A DNA stretch of 64,000 bases, from positions 1,836-65,835 of IMG/VR virus record IMGVR_UViG_3300050120_000237; one strand, given 5' to 3'. This document shows, piece by piece, positions 35,066 through 42,146 of the stretch (its first letter is position 1; each line of letters starts with the position of its first letter). Source of the DNA: a virus. Its lineage: Duplodnaviria; Caudoviricetes. Both the position numbers and the translations under genes were made by a program. The notes under the pieces are model-generated. The model did not search any database. It was not told where the DNA came from and was given only the letters and a program-made list of their open reading frames with translations.

Positions 35066-36771
35066 ACAAATCCATGGTGCTGGGCACCACCAGCTTGAAG
35101 CAGGAAATCACCTTGGACGTGGAAGCCCTAATCGGCTCCCACCTGCTTATTCAGGCCAATGCCGGCGGTGGCAAAAGCCGGACCATTCGCAAGATTATGG
35201 AGATTGCGGACGGGAAGGCGCAGCGCATAATTCTGGACGTGGAAGACGAATTCCACACCCTGCGCGAAATCTCCCCGGGCATGGTGGTGCTGGGCCCCGA
35301 GGGCGACGCGCCCGCCAATCTGGCAAACGCCGCGATGCTGCCGAACTTCCTTCTGGAAACCGGGCTGGATGCGGTGTTGCAAATAAACCAGCTTGGCCTT
35401 GAAGGGCGGCGCGAGTTTATCGCCCGGTTCCTTCACGCCCTCATAGGCGCCCCACGGCACCTGTGGCACCCGGCGCTGGTGGTGCTGGACGAAACCCACC
35501 GCTATGCCCCGCAGGCCGGCAAGGAAGTCAGCAGCGACCCCGTGGCGGCGCTGGCATCGGAAGGGCGCAAGCGTGGGTTCACCGCCATATTTGCCACCCA
35601 GCGCATGGCAAAAATCGACAAGGACGCCACTGGTGACGTGAATAACTGGCTGATGGGACGCGCCGGGCAATCCACCGACCGCGACCGCTGCGCCGACGAA
35701 CTGGGCCTGAAAAAGACCAGCCCGGAAATGCGCGCGCTGGGAAAGCTGAACCCCGGTAACTTCTGGGTGATCGGCCCGGCCCTGACAGCCGAAGCCACGC
35801 TGGTGCACGTCGGCAATGTCCAATCCACCCACCTGCGCAGCGGTCAGCGCGGCGTGCCGGTGCCGCCCGGCGACAAGGCCCTCAAAGCCATGATGGCCAA
35901 GCTGCATGTGGAAGAACCGAAGCCGGCGCCGGCCACGTCACTTTCTGCCCCCACGAACGTGACCCCGGAAAGTTACGCGGCGTCCAAGGACGACCTCGCG
36001 GCAGAATACCGGCGCGGCTATGGCGAAGGCGACGCGGCGGGTTTTTCGCGCGCGGTCGCCATCATCGAAACAAACCGAGCCGGGGCGTTGCGCGCGTTGG
36101 CAGCCCAGCAGAGCAACGCCACCGCCGCCCTAGAATACATGCAGGACTTGACCATAGACCTGCAGAACGCCGCGCCGGCATCCCTGCCGGCGCCTGCGCC
36201 CAAGATTGCCCCCGTGGCGGAAGGGAATACGCGCCCGGTTTTAAAGCCGAATGGTGGGAGTGCTGGTTCAAGTCCAGCCGGGGGCACCAAGCAGCCTGTG
36301 GAACAGCGCGTGTTGAACGCTCTTGCGGAATTGGAGGCGATGAAAGTCACCGCCCCCACCCGTGAAATCGTGGCTTTCATGTGCGATTATTCCAACACCA
36401 CCAGCACCGGCTTTGCCCGCGCCATGGCGGCGCTGAACAAGGACGGGCTTGTTTCCGCCGGTGGTGGGCAGCTTATGCTGACCGATGCCGGCAGGCGCCG
36501 GGCGCAGCCCCCGCCCAAACGCACCCCGACAGAACTTCGCGCCAGGATCGTCGAAATGATCGGTGGAAAGGCCGGGCAGGTCATGGGCGCGTTGGTGAAA
36601 TCCTATCCGCAGGCCGTCACGCGCGAGGCATTGGCGGCGGCCGCTGGATACACCAACACCACCAGCACGGGATTTGCGCAGGCGATGGCGAAGCTGTCGG
36701 CGCTCAATTTCGTGGAATATCCAGAAAAGGGGCAGGTTGTCGCCGCGCGCCTTCTGTTTCAGGGGGCATAG
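35062..36771 (+). CDS. HerA/DUF87-like ATPase with two C-terminal winged-helix repeats
   Basis: ANAGGGKS, ILDVEDEF, VVLDETH..APQ, GRKRG, ATQR; duplicated Y.NTTSTGFA.AMA.L. Confidence 0.85.
   Translation: MNKSMVLGTTSLKQEITLDVEALIGSHLLIQANAGGGKSRTIRKIMEIADGKAQRIILDVEDEFHTLREISPGMVVLGPEGDAPANLANAAMLPNFLLETGLDAVLQINQLGLEGRREFIARFLHALIGAPRHLWHPALVVLDETHRYAPQAGKEVSSDPVAALASEGRKRGFTAIFATQRMAKIDKDATGDVNNWLMGRAGQSTDRDRCADELGLKKTSPEMRALGKLNPGNFWVIGPALTAEATLVHVGNVQSTHLRSGQRGVPVPPGDKALKAMMAKLHVEEPKPAPATSLSAPTNVTPESYAASKDDLAAEYRRGYGEGDAAGFSRAVAIIETNRAGALRALAAQQSNATAALEYMQDLTIDLQNAAPASLPAPAPKIAPVAEGNTRPVLKPNGGSAGSSPAGGTKQPVEQRVLNALAELEAMKVTAPTREIVAFMCDYSNTTSTGFARAMAALNKDGLVSAGGGQLMLTDAGRRRAQPPPKRTPTELRARIVEMIGGKAGQVMGALVKSYPQAVTREALAAAAGYTNTTSTGFAQAMAKLSALNFVEYPEKGQVVAARLLFQGA
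36208..36289 (+). tRNA. tRNA-Leu-like element with degenerate anticodon arm, nested in frame in the HerA-like CDS
   Basis: Acceptor GCCCCCG/CGGGGGC plus ACCA, T-arm GCTGG-TTCAAGT-CCAGC, D-arm GCG/CGC with GG. Confidence 0.65.
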
Positions 36772-37725
36772 ATGGGCGCTACCACCATCGAATGGACGAA
36801 GTACGTTTGGCCAATCGTGCAGGGGTGCGATCTGGTCAGCCCGGGCTGCACCAATTGCTATGCCGTGCCGCTGCTGTGGCGCTTGCAGCACAACCCGCTG
36901 GCCAAGGTCAGCGACCCCATAGCCGGGCTGGTGACCAAGAACAAATACGGCAAGCTGCATTTCACCGGCAAAGTTGCGTTGCGCCATGATCGGCTGGAAG
37001 ACCCGCTGAAATGGAAGACGCCGCGGCGCATTTTCGTGCCCAGCCATGGCGACATTTTCCACAAATATGTGCCGTTCGACTTTCTGGACCGCATCTTTCT
37101 GACCATGGCCTATGCCCGCCGCCATACCTTTCAGGTTCTGACAAAGCGCGGCGACCGCATGCAGCGCTATATAACGGATCCCGAGACACCAAACCGCATC
37201 AACGCGCTGTTGCGCGCGGAAACCGCGCCTTATGTGAATTGGCAGCTGAAAACTTGGCCGCTGCCGAACGTGTGGCTGGGCATCAGCGCCGAAGACCAGA
37301 CCCGCCTGACCGAACGGTGGCAGTTCCTGCGCGACACGCCGGCCGCGCTGCGCTTCCTGTCCTATGAACCGGCGCTTGAAGCCATAGACCTGACCGCGAT
37401 CTGCAACGGCTGGCACTTCGAAGACGCGCTGGCGGGCGTGCGCTATCACGACACGCCAGCCGGCGGCGGCGGCGCGACGATGAAAATCCCAAAGCTGGAC
37501 TGGGGTATTGGCGGGCTGGAAAGCGGCAACAAGGCGCGCGAAGGAAACGTGCGCTGGCTGCACAGCTTCAAGAACCAGTTCCAGCGTGCCGGCGTGCCGG
37601 TATTCATCAAGCAGTTGGGCCGCAGGCCGATGCTGGACACTGAGCCCATGGTTTTGAAGGACCGCAAGGGGGGCGACCCGGAAGAGTGGCCAATAGATTT
37701 GCGGGTCAGGCAATTTCCGACATGA
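36772..37725 (+). CDS. Phage Gp37/Gp68 (DUF5131) family protein
   Basis: TTIEWT, GC..VSPGCTNCYA, GDIFH, HTFQVLTKR, NVWLG.S.EDQ, FLSYEP, FIKQLG. Confidence 0.9.
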   Translation: MGATTIEWTKYVWPIVQGCDLVSPGCTNCYAVPLLWRLQHNPLAKVSDPIAGLVTKNKYGKLHFTGKVALRHDRLEDPLKWKTPRRIFVPSHGDIFHKYVPFDFLDRIFLTMAYARRHTFQVLTKRGDRMQRYITDPETPNRINALLRAETAPYVNWQLKTWPLPNVWLGISAEDQTRLTERWQFLRDTPAALRFLSYEPALEAIDLTAICNGWHFEDALAGVRYHDTPAGGGGATMKIPKLDWGIGGLESGNKAREGNVRWLHSFKNQFQRAGVPVFIKQLGRRPMLDTEPMVLKDRKGGDPEEWPIDLRVRQFPT

Positions 37726-38237
37726 TCGAAGAATGGCGTCCAGTCGTCGGCTATCCCGACCACTACGAAATTTCTAGCATGGGCCGAGTTCGTCGCATCT
37801 TGGCTTGCCGTGGCGCTACCGCAGGAAGAATTTTGCGCCAAGTAAACGGCGACGGCTATCGGTATGTGCACCTGTATCGGAACGACAAAAAGCGCAAGGT
37901 TGGCGTGCACATTCTGGTCGCAGAAGCATTCCACGGGAAGCGCCCGCGCGGAAAACTGCCAAACCATATGGACCTGTGCCGCTCGAATAACAGCGCCAAA
38001 AATTTGGAATGGCTTACCCAGCGCCAGAATGTCATGCACGCGATTTCGGCAGGAAGGCATGGCGGGCGCCCATTGCCAGGCATGCAGAACGGGCGCGCGA
38101 AACTCACTGCTGCGCAGGTCGCTGCAATCAAAGCGCAGAAAGGAAAGGTGGGTCAGCGCACCTTGGCCAGCCTTTGTGGTGTGTCGAAGACCTGCATCCA
38201 GCTAATACACCAAGGCAAGAATTGGACCCGGGATTGA
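37722..38237 (+). CDS. NUMOD4-HNH endonuclease
   Basis: EEWRPVVGY...YEISSMGRVR, VHILVAEAF, NH.D..RSNN...NLEW. Confidence 0.88.
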   Translation: MIEEWRPVVGYPDHYEISSMGRVRRILACRGATAGRILRQVNGDGYRYVHLYRNDKKRKVGVHILVAEAFHGKRPRGKLPNHMDLCRSNNSAKNLEWLTQRQNVMHAISAGRHGGRPLPGMQNGRAKLTAAQVAAIKAQKGKVGQRTLASLCGVSKTCIQLIHQGKNWTRD

Positions 38238-38298
38238 CGCTGCTGGTTAGGCGCGGCAGAAAGGGCACCTTAGACCAAGCACCAAGAGGGTTTCTGCT

Positions 38299-38502
38299 AT
38301 GTCCGCCATCAAAGGCACCGTCAAGTTTTTCAATGAAGACAAGGGTTTTGGCTTCATTGTGCGCGACGATAAGGAAAAAGACGTGTTCGTTCACAAGACG
38401 GGAATCGCCGACGGCGGCACCTTGAAGGAAGGCCAGAAGGTTTCTTTCAGCGTCGTGAGCGACAAGCGCGGCGCCAAGGCGGAAGACGTTCGCCCCGCCT
38501 AA
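38299..38502 (+). CDS. cspA: Cold-shock protein
   Basis: [28 protein letters not shown]. Confidence 0.93.
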   Translation: MSAIKGTVKFFNEDKGFGFIVRDDKEKDVFVHKTGIADGGTLKEGQKVSFSVVSDKRGAKAEDVRPA

Positions 38503-38505
38503 GTC

Positions 38506-38534
38506 AAAAAAAAGCACCCGGGGAAACCGGGTGC
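38506..38534 (-). terminator. Intrinsic terminator (minus strand)
   Basis: Stem GCACCCGG/CCGGGTGC with T8 on minus strand. Confidence 0.7.
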
Positions 38535-38782
38535 CAAGTTCAACAGTTGGGGTGCCCTCGCAAGGGCACAGCAAATCTCGGGTGATTTGGCCTATAGGGT
38601 CAATCGCCAGCCGGTCATTTTCGGAAGCAGCAGAAGCCTGCGACCGCCAGAACCGCCGCGAATGCCCACCACATGGCCGCGATATCCCCGTTCGAAGGGA
38701 AACGCCGGAAAGGCTACTAAGCCTCTCCCGCAATGGGATTATTTCGAGACGAAACCGTACCGAAGCACCCTATAAATCCCCC

Positions 38783-39226
38783 ATGGGTGCACCTTTCAAG
38801 CATGGCATGGGCCGCACAAAAGAATACCAGGCATGGGCGAATATGCGGCGGCGCTGCTACGACCAGACCATGGATTCGTTCAAATTCTATGGTGCCCGGG
38901 GCATTGTTGTGTGCGACCGCTGGCAGCGGTCATTTCTGAACTTTTACAGCGACATGGGGCCTGCGCCATCACCAGCGCATTCATTAGACCGCAAAGACAG
39001 CGACGGCCCGTACGCGCCCGGAAACTGCCAGTTGGCGACAGAAGACGAACAGCAGAACAACAAGCGTTCGAACCGCTATCTGGAACTTGACGGTGTGCGC
39101 ATGAACTGGGCGCAGTGGTCGAAGGCCACCGGCTTGGACTACCAGCTTATTCGGCGCCGCGTTGGGCTTGGTTGGTCGGCGCGGGAAGTCCTGCTGCGGC
39201 CTGTGGGCTCGGGCAGGCATGCCTGA
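38783..39226 (+). CDS. HNH-type endonuclease
   Basis: W.NMRRRC, YGARGI.VCDRW..F.NFY.DMG, SLDR, Y.PGNC. Confidence 0.82.
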   Translation: MGAPFKHGMGRTKEYQAWANMRRRCYDQTMDSFKFYGARGIVVCDRWQRSFLNFYSDMGPAPSPAHSLDRKDSDGPYAPGNCQLATEDEQQNNKRSNRYLELDGVRMNWAQWSKATGLDYQLIRRRVGLGWSAREVLLRPVGSGRHA

Positions 39227-39542
39227 CTTCTGTCAGGCTTGGCACGGGCACAGCCGGCACGAAGTTGGACACGATAGCCTGCGTCGCCACGCCGCGCAGA
39301 ACCTTGTTTTCCGCACGGGTGCAGTCGATTGAAGCCACCGGGTTCGGGCCGGCGACCTTCTGGACCTGTTCGAAGTTGGCGGTGGCGCGGTCCTTGTAGG
39401 GAAGCTGTGCCGACTTGTCGGCGATGCTGGTGCACCAGCCGCCCAGCGCGAACGCAAAGACCATGGGAGCCCATTTGCGCAGGAAGGCACGCAGGCCCAG
39501 CCAATCGAAATGTAGCATCTTGGGAACGGTTGCTGTGGTCAT
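39147..39542 (-). CDS. Membrane-anchored hypothetical protein
   Basis: N-terminal hydrophobic helix; coupled to upstream gene. Confidence 0.55.
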   Translation of the reverse strand: MTTATVPKMLHFDWLGLRAFLRKWAPMVFAFALGGWCTSIADKSAQLPYKDRATANFEQVQKVAGPNPVASIDCTRAENKVLRGVATQAIVSNFVPAVPVPSLTEVRHACPSPQAAAGLPAPTNQAQRGAE

Positions 39543-40009
39543 GCTGTCTTGCCTCCGGTCTTTGAACTGGCGAAAGCCAAGAACGCTCCCACCACTTTGA
39601 ACACCAGCTTTGGACCTGCCGCGCCTGCGACCATAAACCCTGCCGCCGATTGCAGCCAATTGGCTGCGCCGAAACCCGTCCCACCCCAGAACTGGTGGAT
39701 GATGTAAATAAGACACGCAGCCGCCATGGGTGCGCCAAACATCGAATAACCGACCATGACCATGTCGATTTTTGGGCGGTCGGCGGCGGCGATACCGCGG
39801 TCTGCCGCTGCCTGCCGCAGCGCCTGCGCTTCGACGAACTGGTATGAGAACGCGCCGATGATGGCGAAAAGGCAGCCCCAAATAAATTCGTTCAACGAAG
39901 CGCCCGGGGGCATGATCTGCCCGGCCACGGCCATGGTGCCTGTTGAAAGTAGAAGCGCGCCTGTTGCCGCCGCGCCGCCGCTTACTGGATCAGCCAAAGC
40001 CGCCCCCAT
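39539..40009 (-). CDS. Multi-TM membrane protein, holin candidate
   Basis: 3-4 hydrophobic helices, basic C-terminus, near lysis genes. Confidence 0.55.
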   Translation of the reverse strand: MGAALADPVSGGAAATGALLLSTGTMAVAGQIMPPGASLNEFIWGCLFAIIGAFSYQFVEAQALRQAAADRGIAAADRPKIDMVMVGYSMFGAPMAAACLIYIIHQFWGGTGFGAANWLQSAAGFMVAGAAGPKLVFKVVGAFLAFASSKTGGKTA

Positions 40010-40058
40010 GATTTTCTGCCCTCGCAAGAACCTCTCTTTTCACAAGGGAAAGCGCAAC

Positions 40059-40089
40059 AAAAAAGGGCGACTACTAAAGCCGCCCTTTT
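40059..40089 (-). terminator. Intrinsic terminator (possibly bidirectional)
   Basis: AAAAGGGCG/CGCCCTTTT. Confidence 0.65.
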
Positions 40090-40113
40090 CCAATTGCCGT
40101 GGTGTTCTGGTGT

Positions 40114-40473
40114 TTACTTGGCCGGCGGGGCGGACAGGGACTGGCCCGTCGCCACCTTCACCAGATTAACGCCCAGTTCCACCAGCAGGTTCACGAAGGC
40201 TTCGAAGCCGTCGGCCTCAATGCTGTGGCCATCGGTTTCAAGCTGCTGGGCAAGCTGCGTCCACGCGGTGCTTTTCTTTTCGCTGCTGGACATGACCGCG
40301 TTTTCAAGGGCGGACACGACCTTGACGGCTTCCGGGGTGTACTTGGTGACCAGGCCGTCAAGGTCGGTGGCGGCGGTCTGGGCTTCGGCAGAAAGGGCAG
40401 TGCCGAATCCGGCAAGCAAATGGGCGCCTGCCGATTTCAGCCACGACAGGGCGCTGGTGAAAATCTGGTTCAT
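40114..40473 (-). CDS. Hypothetical protein in lysis region
   Basis: AAGGA RBS, 119 aa. Confidence 0.65.
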   Translation of the reverse strand: MNQIFTSALSWLKSAGAHLLAGFGTALSAEAQTAATDLDGLVTKYTPEAVKVVSALENAVMSSSEKKSTAWTQLAQQLETDGHSIEADGFEAFVNLLVELGVNLVKVATGQSLSAPPAK

Positions 40474-40519
40474 TGTGTGGTCCTTTGGTGGTTGGAACCG
40501 GCAACCTGCGCCGCTTCGC

Positions 40520-40924
40520 CTATTTCGGCAAGTCGCACAGCCTGTGCCACACCGCGTCGTTCAGCTTGTTTTTGCCGATGGTGTCGCTGGTGTCGCCGAA
40601 CAGGTGGTGCAGTTGGTCTTCCCAATCGGGCAGCGCCAGCCGGCTGGTGACGTCTTCCTTGGAAATGTCGGGCTTGCCGTCCGGCGTAATTTTCCCAAGG
40701 TGCGGCTGCACCAAGTCGAACTCGCTGCAGCTGAAAGGCCGAAGCGAAACCGGCCCGGAACTAGCTGATACCGTCCCGGCCACGGGGGATAGTGTCGGGG
40801 TCTGGCTGGCGCACGCTGTCAGCATTAAGGCCAGCAGCAGCAGTGCTGCGCGCCGTGGACGCGGCGTCCAATTCTTTGAGCCCTGCCACAGCGGTGTCGC
40901 GCTGGTCGCTGGTTTGCTGCGCAT
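40520..40924 (-). CDS. Putative o-spanin (Rz1-like lipoprotein), start uncertain
   Basis: LLLLALMLTAC lipobox; overlaps upstream gene out of frame; C-terminal N..W..LC. Confidence 0.6.
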   Translation of the reverse strand: MRSKPATSATPLWQGSKNWTPRPRRAALLLLALMLTACASQTPTLSPVAGTVSASSGPVSLRPFSCSEFDLVQPHLGKITPDGKPDISKEDVTSRLALPDWEDQLHHLFGDTSDTIGKNKLNDAVWHRLCDLPK

Positions 40925-41024
40925 TTTTGACGCTCCTGTCATGGAAATAACCCGTGACCGCATCAATCATTTTCCCGACATACGGGATGGCACGCAGGGC
41001 ACCCAAAGCGATATCCCAAAACAT
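40761..41024 (-). CDS. Putative i-spanin (Rz-like)
   Basis: Hydrophobic N-terminus plus helical tail, directly after endolysin. Confidence 0.55.
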   Translation of the reverse strand: MFWDIALGALRAIPYVGKMIDAVTGYFHDRSVKNAQQTSDQRDTAVAGLKELDAASTARSTAAAGLNADSVRQPDPDTIPRGRDGIS

Positions 41025-41032
41025 GGCTGCCC

Positions 41033-41614
41033 CTATCTCCCGTCGTCGGACCAATGCGGCGGGTCCGACGGCAGTTTAACCACGCCAAAGGTCTTGCCGA
41101 TAGCCCATAGCGTCGGGTTGGCGCCCGTGCGCGGGCCCGAGGCAATCGAATTGGGGTTGCCGGCTGCGTCGCGCAGGGTCAGCACGCCCTGCCAGCCAAT
41201 CGTCATGTCGATGGCCCGGCGCTGGGTGTGGCGGCTGGCCAGCGCCGCCGGGAAGCGGATTTGGTAGGCATGGACCATGGCGACTGCGGCGGCGCGCGCC
41301 GCCGTGTCGTCGCCGCCGTGCGTCCAGTCGATATCCACCCCGGCCATGGGCGGCACGTCGCCGGGCTTCACCATCGTGATTTTGTTGGATCCCGCTGGCG
41401 CGAAGCCCGCCACCATGCAGCACCAGTGCATCAGATAGGCGCGCTCTGGCGGGCGGTATGTGTCGGCGATCGAGACAGAAGCGCCGGCAGTGCGCATGCT
41501 GGCAATGAAGGGATTTACCCGGTCGCGGAACGCCGGCACCAAATCGGACACCAGCCGGCTGGGCGGGAATTGCAGCGCCCACGCCGCGCCGGACGGCTTA
41601 CCAGACAACGGCAT
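41033..41614 (-). CDS. Putative endolysin (M15-like zinc peptidase)
   Basis: TYRP.ERAYLMHW, SRH...AID, DPPHWS. Confidence 0.75.
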   Translation of the reverse strand: MPLSGKPSGAAWALQFPPSRLVSDLVPAFRDRVNPFIASMRTAGASVSIADTYRPPERAYLMHWCCMVAGFAPAGSNKITMVKPGDVPPMAGVDIDWTHGGDDTAARAAAVAMVHAYQIRFPAALASRHTQRRAIDMTIGWQGVLTLRDAAGNPNSIASGPRTGANPTLWAIGKTFGVVKLPSDPPHWSDDGR

Positions 41615-42143
41615 TCACCGCTGGGATAGTGGTGGCAGCCGCCACGTCAGCGTTAAGCCCGGTCAGCTTCGTGCGGTTGGTGTCGCGCATCGTGCCGAAG
41701 TCGCCCAGCACCGCCATGCCTTCCGCAGCCGTGTGCGGGGTCAGCGCCCAGTTGCCGCCGCTGTCCTGCGTCGCCAGCAGCCCGCCGGCCGCAGCGACCG
41801 CCTGCATGTTGGTCTGGTCGATTGGGCCGCTGGGATAGAAAAGCGCCGTGCCTGTGGCGGAAGACGTGAAGCCCTGCGCAAATATCGCGTTGGCACATGC
41901 GCTGCTGAGAAAAAGAAGCCGGGTAGTTTTCGCCTGGTCCAAATCGGACACCGTTTGCACGAAGGCCGAAGTGGCTTCGTCCCATTCCCAGTTCGTGGCG
42001 TTGATAACGCTGGATTGCGCGGCGGTTATTTCCACCGCCTTTTGGCCGGGGCCAGTGCCCTGCAAAACAAGGTCGTCGGCGGAGCAATGCCCAACCATGG
42101 AAATCTTGCGCGTGCTGGGATTGACGACTGCGAAAAAGGCCAT
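41598..42143 (-). CDS. Tail fibre assembly protein (DUF4376-like)
   Basis: AC...I..GFTSSA.G....YPS...DQ.N, HTA, AVNAVVW. Confidence 0.7.
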   Translation of the reverse strand: MAFFAVVNPSTRKISMVGHCSADDLVLQGTGPGQKAVEITAAQSSVINATNWEWDEATSAFVQTVSDLDQAKTTRLLFLSSACANAIFAQGFTSSATGTALFYPSGPIDQTNMQAVAAAGGLLATQDSGGNWALTPHTAAEGMAVLGDFGTMRDTNRTKLTGLNADVAAATTIPAVNAVVW

Positions 42144-42146
42144 TTT

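Noticed and set aside
38531-39226. HEARO/IscB-type RNA-guided HNH system
   Set aside because: The ORF is an ordinary short phage HNH without PLMP or RuvC motifs; the upstream 84 codons of the track ORF are probably non-coding
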